A DNA stretch of 64,000 nt from Octopus sinensis (lineage: Eukaryota), in contig NC_043010.1 in NCBI RefSeq assembly GCF_006345805.1, forward strand, positions 16,182,001-16,246,000, in the 5' to 3' direction. Both the position numbers and the translations under genes were made by a program. The notes below the pieces were generated by a model. That model saw only the letters and a list, made by a program, of their open reading frames with translations, had not been told where the DNA came from and made no database searches. Positions 36,678 through 50,470 of this stretch are shown one piece after another (the stretch's first letter is position 1; every line of letters begins with the position of its first letter).

Positions 36678-37011
36678 GATGCAAATGTGGCTGTTTGATA
36701 AGAAGCTTGCTTCCCAACTACACGGTTCCGGGTTCAGTCCCACTGTGTGGCACCTTAGGCAAGTGTCTTCTATAGCCTCAGGTTGACCAAAGCCTTGTGA
36801 GTGGATTTGGTAGATGGAAACTGAAAGAAGCCTGTCATGTATGTATGTATATATATATTGTGTGTGTGTGTATGTTTGTACTCCCACCATCACTTGACAA
36901 CCGATGTTGGTGTGTTTATGTGCCCATAACTTAGTGGTTCGGCAAAATAGACTGATAGAATAAGTACTAGGCTTACAAAGAATAAGTTCTGGGGTCAATT
37001 TGTTGACTAAA
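36678..37011 (+). mobile_element. SINE family B, near full length
   Basis: tRNA head with GGTTCCGGGTTCAGTCCC, CCTTAGGCAAGTGTCTTC core and 3' body matching 56781-57204. Confidence 0.85.
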
Positions 37012-38252
37012 TATGTGTATGTATAAAATAAAAATATTGATTATTGTGATTTTTTTCTATTGTCAACAATTTCAATATCTAATTGGCATATGTGTGTAGT
37101 TTTGATTTAATTTATTGAAATTTCCATTTTAATTTTTAAATGGTAAGCAGTGTGTGTATGTATATATAAAAAACATTCTATTAAATTAGGACTTTAGTGG
37201 CTGTTACAATTGAGAGAATTTTGAAAAAAGTAACGAATTCCAGTTATTTAATTTTGTGATGCTCTGAGTGTGTGTGTGCATATTGGTCTTTTTCTTAATA
37301 GGAGTATATGAGTGAAATGTAGACTGTAGAACCACATAACAGGTTACTCCTCTGCCGAATAAAGGTGATTCATTAAGTTCTCTTCTTTAATGTTGAACAT
37401 GGCTGGTTTTCTTTCTGGCTATGGTTGCCACACAGAAAATCAGTTGTTTCTCAGAGGCATCAAAAATGGATGCAAAACAGTCTCTTCATGATTGTTCCAA
37501 TTAAGCAAGAATGAAGAGAAAAACAAGTTTTTAAGAAAAATTTCTATAAAATACTGATTGGAACGGTCAACAGTTGTTACTTTTGTAAAGTGGTCTCTGA
37601 GACTATTAGAGCCAGGCATTTTATGCTAAAGATTAAAATCTCTTAATAATTTCAGTTGCAAAGTGGGAATAGTCTTTGATCAGATATACCATCAAATTAT
37701 TGGAGGAAAGTAAATAGGGAGATTGAAAAATGAAGAAATTGTTGAAATGTTTTACTAGTGACTTGTCTTATCTACATTTGTTAATTAACTGGAGAAAATA
37801 ATTATCTTAAACTTTACATCTCATGCTATAAGTACGTATAAGATTAAGATCAAAAAGTAATTCCCTGAATATTTTTTTCTCAGTAAAAGTGATTAGCTAA
37901 GATAGTTATGAATAATCTAAAGGTAATTTTGAATAAAGGTATTTGTAAGAAATACGAAAAAGGGAAAAGAATTACAAGTCCCAAGTCCATCCATCATCTA
38001 TTCTTCAACTTGCAGCAGATTGTTTCATAGAAACTCCCACTCCTGTCTTATGTTACCCGTCATTTCTTTGAATTTCTAATTGGCCAATAGATCTTTCAGC
38101 TTCTATACTTCTTCAGATTGTCTTGTGTCTAAAAGAAAAGGATTTGTTGTTTATGAAATTACTTGGGTGGGTGGCATATCTGGTAATCTCTTCTCTCAGA
38201 CATTTTCTGCTGCAAACCTGGGAAAGTTCCTGTTAAGGGCTACTTTTTAATG

Positions 38253-38417
38253 TGAGAGATTCATTAAGGATCATGAGTCTTGCATTATAAGCTGTGCTTA
38301 TTTTATTGATTAATATTAAGGGAGCCACCAATACTAAAATTTTTGCTCCAAATAACAAATTTGGGAAATGCATTGCATATGTTAAATTCAGGTTAGAAAT
38401 TTACATTATTAAAAAAA
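38253..38417 (+). repeat. About 164-bp near-identical direct repeat, copy 2
   Basis: See copy 1. Confidence 0.95.
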
Positions 38418-39271
38418 TATATCTGTTCTATTAATAGAATTGTGGCTTCAATGAAGTAACTGAAGTTGCATGAAGTGAATTTAATTTTGTAATTATTATA
38501 GAATTGGTGAAGAAGTTTGAATAAATGTTGAAATTGTTACAGAGTTAGAATAATTAAAATAATCTACATACTTACACACAGCACATAACTAATTAACAAA
38601 TGAGTATATGGCTCAATTATAATGATAGTAGCAGAGAATTGCTAATGGGATGACTATTGTATATGACCTGTTTAAGCAATGGATGATAGTCATTAAGTGA
38701 ATCCTAAAGGAGTTGAGGTGTGGTCACCCATGGGAACTTTTGTGTACTGTTGCTGTTGAGTGAAGGGCAATACAATTTGGCAATGAATTTAAATTAAAAG
38801 AAGCTGGTATGAACTTAAATATAATGAGTGGTTCAATGGACTACTCAGATGGATTGCCAGAGAGCCACTCCACAGTTCCACTCTTTCTTGCAGATAAGTA
38901 TGCTACTGCTTCTAGTTTCTCTATTTTTGAAGCCACCCCCAATAACCTCTGTTCCTAAGAGCTGACCGTTTCCACACCATCTTCACTCAGGGACTCTAAA
39001 ACCTAACTTATCTTTCCTCCTCCTCCCCATCATTCACAATGTTCCAAGCATCCCCCTCCCCTTCTCAGTATATCCCATCCTTCACCTTGGGACATTCACT
39101 CTCTGGAATTCCCTCCACCTGGCACCAACAGGAGTGCTTCTTATGTAGCACTGGCACAGGACTCTTGCAAGCCAATCCTCTTCACCAGGTTGAGTGGCCT
39201 CTTCACTTCTGCTGTGGATCATAGGTCTTCTTGAGTACAGCAAGACGCCAGGCATCTCAGTCCAGAGACAT

Positions 39272-39520
39272 CATCATCATCATCATTTTAATGTCTGTTT
39301 TCCATGCTGACATGGGTTGGATGGTTTGACTGAGGACTGGTAAGCCAGTAGGCTGCACCAGGCTCCAGTCTGATCTGGTAAGGTTTCTACAGCTGGATGC
39401 CCTTTCCTAACGCCAACCACTCTTGAGAGTGTAGTGGGTGCTTTTTACATGTCACCAGCACAAGAGCCAGTCAGGCAGCACTGGTGTCTTCCACATTTGG
39501 ATGGTGCATTTTACATACCA
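39272..39520 (-). mobile_element. Family C repeat
   Basis: (CAT)n tail, ACAGCTGGATGCCCTTTCCTAACGCCAACCAC core. Confidence 0.85.
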
Positions 39521-41744
39521 ATGTGGTATCATAACTTCACTCTGGGTGTGGGTGTGTGTGAATGAATATTTATCTCTTCATCTCTGAATTCCATAAAATG
39601 TAAATTTTTATCTTTTTAAAATCTATTGGTTGGGGCTGGTAGTGGCAGCAGCAATGTGTTTGTGGAGAGAAATAGGGTTGTACATTGGACATTTACTGTT
39701 TGCAATGGTGTTTGTTTGTCTTTTTTTTTTTTTTTATAACATATTGAAAATATATAATCAAAAACATAATTTAGTTTCAGATTGTAATTAAATGAAATTA
39801 TTACTCTTTCCACTAGTTTGGTGATACTTAACTCTGCTGAAAATAATCCAAAATAAAGGATAAACAAGCTCAGTCTAAACAGTAAAGGATTAATTTAGCT
39901 TATCATCTTGCTAATCTTTTCTCTTTAAGATTTTCCTTGTTCATCCAAACATTGTATTTTTCTTTAAATCATTTTAGTGTATAATGCTCTGTATTTAGTA
40001 TTTCTTTTCATTATCTTTGATTAGGAGACTAAATTAGTGCTATATTAATTTATGTTCTAATTGAATATCTTAGTCAATTGCATTAAAATGTTTGCAACTT
40101 TTGTTTTCTGAAAAATTTGTGTTTATTTCCTAATTTTTTTCTTCTTATTAAATCCAGAATAGTCATTTGGTAGTGTTTAGTTTTATATCTTTGAGTTATA
40201 TACAAAGAAACCTTTTTAAATTGTGTTCTTTGTTTAATGTGTAAAGGTTTGTCTTTGCTGGTATTTTGAGAAATTCCCTAGTACTATTTGTCAGTAAATA
40301 AATGACATGAATGCCTTTTCCTGTTAGTGGCAGAGACATATTTTGTGGCTTTGTAAATTTTATTTCACTATTCAAACCTTATTGTTTGTTTTTTATTGAA
40401 CCAGTGGAGACTGGAAATAAGTTTTTTCTTTTTATAGAGGTTTTGATTGTTCTCTGTGTGAATGTTGTAATCTAGTATCAAGATAGAGAAAAAAGCATTT
40501 TGGCTAAAAAAACTTTTGCCATAAAATACATAACACATAAACTGTTCAGTACAACTTGTCATACTTGATGTGGTGAACTGGCATGATCAGTTGAAGTTCA
40601 ATCCTTTGTGAGAAAAGATATCATTAGCATGAATTATGCAGAGAGCAGTATGAATGTTTGGTAGCTCTGGTGACTACATCAGACTTATTTCAGTGTTATC
40701 AAACCTCCTCAGCTACTTAGAGTTCAAAGCAAGTGATATATTGTTTTGTGTGAAGAATTCAGTGAAAAGTCGAATGAGATTGGATTTTCCCATATTGTCA
40801 TGTACAGGCGATCTTAGGGTGTTGAGCCAAAAATTTAATAATAATAAAAACATCATAACTATGAGAAAAGTCATTAGCTTGTTTTTTGTAAAATGAGCAA
40901 GGGAGAGAAATCATAACATTTCAGTATATCACTATTATTGTAGCCTGCACTTAACTATATATTCTTCATACAGAAGGCACCTTTTCTGTTATAAAGTTTG
41001 TCCTTATTATTACTGTAAAAAAAAAAACAAATAAATTATTAGTTATTCCTATTTAAGCTATTGTTATCAATAATATGGAATTTTCACTAAATATTCCCTT
41101 TAAAAAAAAATTTGGAAAGGAATAACAACTGAGAACTTTAGCATTGATCTTTTCCCTGTTTACCATTTCTATTGACATTCTTAATTTTTTCGCCTGAGGT
41201 TTTGAGGTGACCAAGTGGGTTACCAATAACTTACATGAATTTTGAGTATTTCTAAATTGGTTAAGTACCAGTAAATTCAAACTGGTCAGTGAAACAACCA
41301 AGTTAAATATAAGAGTTGGTGGCTTACAATTCTTTGCTCAATATCAAATGTTTTACCATTTAATTAGGGAATTTTACGGATTTCTCCCTTGCATATGTTA
41401 TATTATTCTGGGTTCAGAGTCAAACTATTTTTATAGCTTTAATCCATTCTCCAAGATATTTTTCACTTGTAGCAAATTTTTAGGCTTTTCATTTGTTTTT
41501 GCCAACAATGGTGTCCTTATTTCAAAATAACTTACATATTTTCTTTCAGAGGACAAGAGATTATTTTGTTGCTTAATTTAATAGTTTCCAGAGAAAAGTT
41601 ATTTTGTGACCTGGTACAGATTTTTCCCTTTTAGTTTACATATTCTGTATCATTTCGTATTTTATGGAACACACCGGATTCTTTTGTTTCACCCCACATT
41701 TAATCACTTTTCAAGATGTTAATCTTTTTTGTGGATATATATAT

Positions 41745-42005
41745 ATCATCATCATCATCATTTAGCGTCCGCTTTCCATGCTAGCATGGGTTGGACGGTT
41801 TAACTGGGATCTGTGAAGCCAGAAGGCTGCATCAGGCCTAGTCTGATCTGGCAGTGTTTCTATGGCTGGATGCCCTTCCTAACGCCAACCACTCCATGAG
41901 TGTAGTGGGTGCTTTTTATGTGCCACCCGCACAGGTGCCAGATGGAGCTGGCAAACGGCCACGGACGGATAGTGCTTTTTACGTGCCACCGGCACGGGGG
42001 CCAGA
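41745..42005 (-). mobile_element. Family C repeat, young (CpGs retained)
   Basis: (CAT)n, GTCCGCTTTCCATGCTAGCATGGGTTGGACG, GGATGCCCTTCCTAACGCCAACCAC. Confidence 0.9.
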
Positions 42006-42399
42006 TATATATATATCCTTCAACTGGGAAATTACATTTGCTCATAAAGCTATTATTTTTATAATATAATCAGTGAATGTGCTGCTGCCTTTTATTTCCA
42101 ATAACTTTAGCTTTAAAGAAAAAAAAAGCTCTTTTGTGACCATGAGCTCCACTGTTGCTTGAATTGAATTTAGAAGAATTTAGTCCAATAACTACCCATG
42201 CATTTATTTCTATCTCAAGCTGTTGTAGTTATATGAACATGTTCTTAACTATAAAATTATGGAAGAGAGTCTTAATGTCTGTCTTATCCTATTCTGTGTA
42301 TGAACCCTTTTTTTAAAAGACACAATCTTGTATCAAAGGATCACACCAGTCTCAGATTGGTTGATGTTCTTTTGCTTCTTTGTTATTCTTCTGGTCTTT

Positions 42400-42720
42400 T
42401 ACTAAGGCATTGGATTGTGTCCATGCTGGAGCACTGCCTTGAAGGGTTTAATCATTCAAATTGACCCGAGTACTTTGTTTGATATTTTATTGGCCTCTTT
42501 TTACTGAACAGGAATAGGAGCATAAACAAACCAACACCGGTTCTGAACCAGGGAGAAACAAATGCATGCTCACACACACACACATCTCTATACCATAAGT
42601 TGCATACAATTTCTGTCCACCAAATCTACACGAAAAGGCATTGGTCAATTTAGTGTTGTAATAGAAGACTTTTGCCTAAGGTGCTGCGTTGTGGGACAGA
42701 ATTTAAAACTGCATTGGTTC
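42400..42720 (-). mobile_element. SINE family B, decayed
   Basis: CCATGCTGGAGCACTGCC, ATAAACAAACCAACACCGGTT, AGAAGACTTTTGCCTAAGG. Confidence 0.7.
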
Positions 42721-44289
42721 TTGCACCTATCTACAGTCATAGCTGCTCATTGGGATATGTTGAGACTTCAAAAATATCACCAATTTATTCCAATAATCTG
42801 GCTTAAAAATTATCTACATGAGTATCCCCTCTCGCTGTCTTTTTTTCTCCTTTTTCTTTTTCACTTGTTATAGATTCCTAGCTTAAACAAATATCCTATT
42901 CTTCAAACTATTGATGGTGATTCAATGATTGTTAACATGACTAATGTTTAAAACAGCCAATGAACATTTAGTTTACTAAATCCTTCAGCTAACAGCCTTC
43001 TCATTGGCTGAAATATTTTACTCTTTCACTTGTGTTCTCAACCATCATTATTCATTCACAGAAACAACTTTGTTAAATTAAAACTAAAACTTAGTGAATG
43101 GTTATGGAATTTTTGCATTTTCTTCTGCTTGTTACCAACCTTTCCAAAATATCTCCTCTGTTAGGCTTTAACATTCATTGAATAATAACTGTAATGGAGG
43201 GAACTTGGATACTTGCATGACTTTAGTGTAAAATTACTAAATATTTCTTGTGTAATTATGTCTAATTTTTACACAGATGCTAAGTATTATGGCAGGTTTT
43301 TTTTTTTACATTTGTTCCTTGTGAAAGTTTTAATATGTAGTAGGCTGTTATATATTAATTGCGGGCATAGAGCATTCAGATAAATATGAAACAAGCTGCA
43401 ATCCAAAGCTAAATGTTCTTCTCTGCCAAGCAGCCTCTGAGAAATGTAATGAATCAGGCAGTTTTGAAACTGATATGAAGACTGCCTGTTGGTAGCCTTT
43501 TTACTTTCAGCTCTTAGTCATGAACTGATAAGTTTAGCTGAGCTGAACTATTTATAAATACCATTTTGTTCTATCTTGTGTTTTAATCAGCTTTAAACTG
43601 ATGCTGACCTTCTGAATACAGCTTAAAAAACTATTGTGGTCCTTACAGGCTTCAAGGCTGGCTCTACCTTTTTTTCCAACATCCCTTCAGCTGTTTGTTA
43701 GCCTATTATCAACTAAATATTATCTACTTCAGTTTTCTATTTCATCTCTTGATAACATAACGGTATCTGTATTTGCTGCTAATTTAAAGCAGTATATCTG
43801 TTTGTGTGTGTGTGTGTGTGAGAGAGATTATTTGTTTATAGTTATAAATATTATTTAGTATAGAATGTTTGCCTAATTTAATTCAGCATGTAGGAATTGA
43901 AATTAAAAAAAAAATTTTTTTACAATAATTGAACATATAGAGGAAGGAAGAATTTTTTCAAGCGTTCATTAAAGATGTTGGAATTACACCAGTCACAAGC
44001 TAACCGGTGTTGTTAATTTATTCCCGGCTTATATTGGATTGAAGCTAATTAATTTGAGCTACTTAAAAAAATGATTTTTATGTTGCAGAATTTGAAAAAA
44101 ATATAGAAAAGATACTTTGAGGTGACAAAATGTTTTTTTCTAAAAGTTCTCATTTGTTGTTCTTCAGTTAAAAACCAGGTGATATATATTGTGTGTGTAT
44201 TTGCATGTGTTTACGTGTGTGTGTGTGTTGTTTATACTCTTGTTTCAGCTTAAGAGCTGTGGTCATGCTGAGGCGCTGCCATTAGTTTT

Positions 44290-45140
44290 GCTATAATTTC
44301 ATTACTTCAGCCTGTCTCTGATGTGTGGCATTTGATGAATGAGGGAGTTTGATATTGCAGCCCTCATATTTCTTGTCATGAGGTTGGTTCATCCAGAACT
44401 CTTGAAAAGAGGCGATTCAATTTTGTTTTGCAGATACCTACATCCGTCACATACAGGTCTCTCAAGCTTTGTGAGAGGATATTGAAGAGCAATGGGACCA
44501 TGAAATCTAAGCTATTGTGGTGTCAGGTCCTGTATCTTGATGGTAATGTTGGGATCTTTGGTGCTATGCAGTGACACCCCATTCTGGTGTTTGTCTAACT
44601 TTCAATGCCAAAGTTCGGTACCAATCCTTCTTGGATTTTCCAGATGTATATCACTGCGTATCTTTCCTGCCTTCATCCCAGAGAGTAGGGTCTTAACATT
44701 TTCATCCTTCCCCTAGTATCTGACCTGTTGCTTTGAGATCTTAGTGTAGCTTTGCTGGATTGTTTTGAGTTCCACTGTTATTTTAACCCTATGTGGTGAC
44801 CATAGCTGAGGACAAATGTGCTCCAGAGGACCATCATAGTTTCTTGTTCTCTCTTCCATGTATTGAGTCCCCCTTAAACCAGTCAAAATCTGAGTTAAAT
44901 AGATAATTGCCACTTCTGACATCCATCACCATCTTTTGAGTACCAGTGTTGCTAAGGTGTATGTTCAATGTTTATTTGGTCAGCTCACATTCTCCAAATC
45001 ATGGCAGAGTGATCATGAATATTAAGACCATCAATGGTATAACTTTAGCTGTCCCTTGTTATGAAATATTGTGGCAGTTGTTCTGAGATAGTTCTGAATA
45101 CCTCACAAATAGTCCTATCATAATATGGTTGTGGACAAAT
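44290..45140 (-). mobile_element. CR1/L2-type LINE 3' fragment
   Basis: HICPQLWSPH..ELKTIQQSYTK (cf. DYCSQLWSP..LExIQRxxTK), YSLG*RQERYAVIYIWKIQEGLVPN (cf. YSLERRR), PLLFNIL and KTKLNRLFSRVLDEP (cf. FKxKLD..L..PDEP). Confidence 0.85.
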
Positions 45141-45589
45141 GATACAATAATGGGAGAGTGAGAAAAATAAGGAGTTAAGGCAGGTGACATATCACCAGTA
45201 TACATCGTATCATTTACTTTTAAACCCCTCTCAGAAATGTACCATTCCTTTCTAGCCCTTCCTCCACACCTAATTAACCCTTAATTTGTTTACTATATGA
45301 ATTTATTCTCTCCTTGCTCTCTCTACTACTCTCTGTATTCAGCCTGTTACTTCAGGATGAGACTTAGTCCTTCTTTCTCACTTTCATTCATCTCTCATAA
45401 ACACTAGGTTTATTAACTGTGAAAGGCTCCTTGTTTCCCAAGTTTATAAAGAGTTGTTATGGTAGACATTACTTCAGAATACCCAAGCTTTTAAGAATTA
45501 AGTCTGTATTTGGTCATGAATTAAGAAACATTTGTCAGTGTTGTGCTAGTGGACAATACGTTCATTTAAAATTTAGTGGTGGTTGGGTT

Positions 45590-46180
45590 AGTAGATCTGT
45601 GAGTGTTGAAAGATAGTGTACTAACTCTCAGTAAATTATTACAAAGAAATTGTAGTTGAATAGGGATAACTTTATTGTGCCTACACAAGACTGCTGTTTT
45701 TATGGGACAATGTTTTACCAGTAGTCTTAATTTCAAAATGTCTGGATCCATTGTGGTTCTGTTGTACCTTTAGTATTGGCTATTAGAACAGTCCTTCTTG
45801 AAGACAGCATAGCAGATAGTTTTAGTGACAGGGCTCTGTCTTATGAGAAGGTTGTCTCTGGCAGACATTTTTGGACAGCTGCTGCTGATCTGTGTGATAT
45901 CTTCCACACATTTTGTATCACAACATGGAGGGTTAGAAGCATCCTTATCATGTTGATCAGATATTTTAGTAGCTTGTCTTCTGTTCCTCGGTAGTAAATG
46001 TATAGCCTCCTAGGTGAGATGTGATGTCTATCACAGCTCCAGAAGAGGCTGCTATTCTTGTCAATGTTGTTGGCATTCTGTAGCTTGTAAGATATGTATT
46101 TATGCACAGCTACCCATGGTTCATGTGGAACAGCTGTATACTCAGAGCACCTATTCTGGAGCCCTTTACCTAATCTGATG
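45590..46180 (-). mobile_element. R4/Dong-type (restriction-like endonuclease) LINE 3' fragment
   Basis: CC..KCVEDITQISSSCPKMSAR (decayed CCHC knuckle) and DYW*NI.PIKTAVLCRHNK (cf. YWWN..IKT..HNRPD). Confidence 0.65.
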
Positions 46181-47384
46181 GTGTTGAGTGTACTTCATTA
46201 ACTCATTTCTCTCTTTGCTGTTTGGTAAATTTTAAGTGATATGATGCAGGACTCAAATATATATGTATTTATACATAGATGTATACATGTGTGTGTGTGT
46301 GTGTGTAAAATTTCATGTCTGTTTTTTTTTTGTTTGTTTTTCCCCCATTCTTGTCTGGGTTGGACTTTAGTGGTGAGGGTGTTATCATCTACATCATTGC
46401 CTGACTAGTAGGTACATTAGTCTTAACATATTTGACTTGTATGGCTCTAGGAGTGACTTCAACTATTAAGTGTGAATAGTGGGGAAACTACACCTAATTA
46501 CTGACAGTAGAGTCTTAATAACAGTTTTTAAAATGTCTCACAAAACAATCTTCTTTGAACCTTTCTAAAAAACCTGCCAAAAATGTTTTTGCCTCTTGAA
46601 AATAAAGACTTAGACGAGAAACTTTCGGCAATTTAAAAGTTAAGTGGTAATTAGCTTTTAGTTGATAACACACAAAATAAGCAAATTCATCTTATTAAAA
46701 ATACTCATTTCATGGTCCTTGTTGTATAGATGTCTTTTCATCTTTTTCCTTTTTCTGGTTAAGCTTAGTAAAACTATTGTTTTTCATTTATGAAATTTTT
46801 ATTTCAATAAATTTACCAATGTCGTCAAATTATGAAATTCCGCAGTTTTACAATGGAGTAGATGTCTAACTGAAGCTAAAGTGAGCTATCATTCCCTTTC
46901 TTCAGCCTTGTGTACTATAGTCATTTGAACTTGGGGAATATATCAGTCAGTAGACCAATGTATTACCTACTCAGCCATAGGGATTCAGGCAAATGGTTAC
47001 ATGCTATGGACATAGCACTTTCTTTCCTTTGTGGTTTATCCATTTTTAATCCTGTGGTATTTTTGTTAGCACAATTATTGTCATGTCTGGATTTGTTATA
47101 AACCATCAGTCATATCAATTTGTTTTAACTCCTACAACTGAGACACCCATTATTTGGTATCTAAACCTGTTTTAGGATGACCAAAGTTGCCAAATATTCT
47201 TGACCATAGTAAATAGCGGTAGTGATGAGTTGAACTGGATGTCCACTTCGACAGTGCAGCACAGATGGAGTGTTGAAGTTATTGATAAGGGAATTTCTTA
47301 CCTTTTAAGAAATTGGTTAATTTTAATAGCTGTATTTGTTGCACATTTAGAGGCTCATGCACCTGTCTATTGATATTTAACGGG

Positions 47385-47540
47385 CACAGCATTTAGAAGT
47401 TTGTTACACTATTACCAAGTCCTTGCTTTGATCCTACTGCATAGCATCTTGGGCAAGTGCTTTTTATTATTGCCATGGGTCAATCCAAGCTCTGTGAGGG
47501 AAAATGGAGAGAAGGAAACTGTGCAGAAGCCCATTGGATA
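47385..47540 (+). mobile_element. SINE family B, old fragment
   Basis: GCATCTTGGGCAAGTGC and GGAAACTGTGCAGAAGCCC. Confidence 0.6.
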
Positions 47541-47633
47541 GACTGTACCAGTAATTCAAATTTTGTATCCTGTTGAACCAGGGTACATATATCTGGAATA
47601 CTTAGCTCATTCAATTGAACAAACAACTAAATC

Positions 47634-47676
<43 letters not shown>

Positions 47677-48368
47677 CACCACACACACACACACTGTATG
47701 TGCCTACATTGAGAACCTCAATAGTCCTAGATACCCAGGTGATAATATGTACCTTGTAAGTAACATTGTGTTATATTTATCACAAACACAATTCTCAAAT
47801 TGCTCACCCTAGTTAGATGTGCTACAGAGTTGCATATTTCAAGTACTGTCGGTTGCCGTGAGGAATTTTAGCTTCTCCTCTGGATCTATTAAGAAAAGCT
47901 GTCAACTCGGTTTATAGGAAGTTCACATGTGTGTAATTTTATGTTTTGTTCTCAGTAAATGAATTAATTTATTATTGTTATTATCATTATTATTAATCTC
48001 TTTACATTTGATTGTTCTCTATAGTAATAGAAACCCCAGCTACTTCTATTGTTGACTGATATACAACTGGGAGTTGGCTGGCTTTCATATTTTGATAACT
48101 TTATTTTATTTCTTCAGAGCCACTCCTCTTAGGTTTAACTCATTTCCCCACCCAGATTTCTGGTTTACACTGAACATAGCTGTAAATGCTAGCACCAAAT
48201 TATGAAATTAACTGGAAAATGCAATAATAAGCTGAATGTTTGAAACATTAATAAAAGCTAAGAAATGAAAAGGAAATAAATAGGGTTCTAAATTGATTTA
48301 CATATCAAGTATTTTCTGAGTAGAATGTTAAGTTGCTCTATGTAGTAGTAGTAGTAGTTGCAGTGGTA

Positions 48369-48505
48369 ATCTTTTCTACTGTAGGCACAAGGCCTGAAAT
48401 TGTAGGGTATGAAGCTAGTTGATTACATTTCTCCCAAGTGGTTGACTGGTACTTAGGACCCTGAAAGGATGAAAGGTAAAGTTGACTTCAGTGGAATTTG
48501 AACTT
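48369..48505 (-). mobile_element. SINE family A fragment
   Basis: CTACTGTAGGCACAAGGCCTGAAATT...GAAAGGATGAAAGGTAAAGTTGAC...GAATTTGAAC. Confidence 0.75.
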
Positions 48506-48559
48506 GGGCCTTGCAGATAGGATCAAACAGGGGATCAAAACTCTTGGTTGTTTGCTGTG

Positions 48560-48830
48560 CTTGAAAAGACATGTCAAACTAAGTAAAATTGTGGTTGTCC
48601 TTGCATTCCTCTCCAGCTGAGCGTTCCTAATCTTGCAGGCTTTTGGGTGCTGGTGCTATGTAAAAAGAAGCTGTACCAGTGCCATGTAAATGCACCTGTG
48701 CTGGTGCTGTGTAGAATCACCTAGTACACTCTGTAAAGTGGTTGGTGTTGGGAAGGGCATCCATGCCCGAACAGATCTGGAGCCTGGTCAGCTCCTGTCA
48801 AACTCTCCAACTTACACCAGCATGCTAAAT
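48560..48830 (+). mobile_element. Family C repeat
   Basis: GGTTGGTGTTGGGAAGGGCATCCA core. Confidence 0.7.
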
Positions 48831-48877
48831 GTGATCATATGTGTACAGGAAATATTTACTGGATATCAATCAATATA

Positions 48878-49190
48878 GTGCAGGCGCATGGTCTAGTGGG
48901 TTCGATTCCCAAACCGGGTAAAACATTTCATTTCAAGGTGCTCCAGTGCTGTGTGGACCAGCCAAAAAAATAGACCTTACATTTCCTCTGCATGTCGTAA
49001 AAGGCGACTAAAAGAGGTCGAGGTAGGATCTGCAATCCAACCTCATAAAACTCACACCAGCAATGACTACTTCAAACAGGCCCATAGGTTTGAGAGTGGT
49101 TGCCTGAAGGGGGCAAAGTTATTATTCACCAGGAGTAGCAGGTTATCACCAACAAATGATAGATGTAGCAACACTGTTACAGCACATTAT
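48878..49190 (+). mobile_element. Composite SINE family E, copy 2
   Basis: A box TGGTCTAGTGG fused to B box GGTTCGATTCC (internal deletion), then CCTCTGCATGTCGTAAAAGGCGACTAAAAGAGG and a second hairpin; inverted homolog of 17720-18065. Confidence 0.8.
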
Positions 49191-50426
49191 TTTTTTTTTG
49201 TTTCTTCTGTACATTTATAGAAAGAATTTGTTTCTCTTGACATGATACTAAAATTTAGTCAACTCTTGTGCATTTCATTTAGTGTACTTACTTGAAGACT
49301 TCTTTCACAGGCAGTTCTTTATATTTGGGAACACATTTGCTAAATGACGCATTCTATGAGAATACATGTCAACTGGGATATGTTGTTATGAGTTTGATTT
49401 AGTAAAGTGTATTTAAATGAATTAAAGATGGCTAAATATTTCCAGAAGTATTTTCTGTTGGTCATTTAATAGTTTTAAAATTAATAAACCAGTATTAAAT
49501 GTTTCTTTAGAATCCCTGCTTAGTATCATTGACTTCCCAGTTGATAGGTTTTATGGTGCAGACTGCAGCATACATGCTGAGAGAAACTATGGACTGCAGT
49601 TTATACAAACAACTACATAAGTTAGCAACAAACTGCTGCAACAGAGAATACTGCTACTACTACTTGTAGTAGTAGTAGTAGTAAGAAAATATGTAACAGA
49701 AAGGAAGTGGAAAGAATTTCTGCTTTACTCCAGTTTAAGATAACTTTTGAGCTCAGGTTGGTTAATAAAGTATCTGAGAGAATCAGGAATCGGGTGTTGT
49801 TTCTGGAAGAAGAGACAGGTGGCGTGTACACATACACATGTGCGCGTGCACTGTTTTATTATTATTTGCAAGTAATTATAAAACAAAACTGTACAGTATT
49901 TCTGGAATGAGTTGTACTTGTGTTGCTAACTAGCCGGCCATTAGGACCATTATTAGTGACCGACAGAAGTAAGGTCATTTACTGACCTATTCGAAATTTT
50001 TTCTCATAGATTTGTTTGAAATGTGGAATTTAAAAGCAGCCCTCTCTACTTATTGTGACACATCTAGTTTCAATCTGTCATTAGAAATGTTTTACTCCTC
50101 CACCATTGCCATCAGCACCCTCTTGATATTTAATAGCATTCTGTCCCCCTCTTCCACTTTTCTGACATATAGCAGTGCCCTGGGTTTGCCCAACTCTTTC
50201 ATTAATGTTACATTGTAGCAGGCACTGTTTGTTGTCTTACTCTATGGCTGGTCTATGTAATTTGAGAGATAGCTAACATACCATTCCTATTTTGCTCCTG
50301 TTTTAGTTATTCAGAAAATTAGAGCAGAGAAGGCGAAGAAATAAATGTTTTTACTCCCAACCCTTTTATTTTATTATTGTTTTTTATAAAGTCTGCTTTA
50401 GATTATTAAATTTCCTCTTTTAATTG

Positions 50427-50470
<44 letters not shown>

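Noticed and set aside
48878-49020. HDV-like ribozyme fit (P1 GUGCAGG/UCUGCAU, P2 GACCUU/GAGGUC, P4, CUAA)
   Set aside because: Only 8 nt remain for P3-L3-P3 where about 13 are needed, the P1 5' strand is the SINE tRNA head, and the second copy does not keep these pairings; a simple extended hairpin explains it better.
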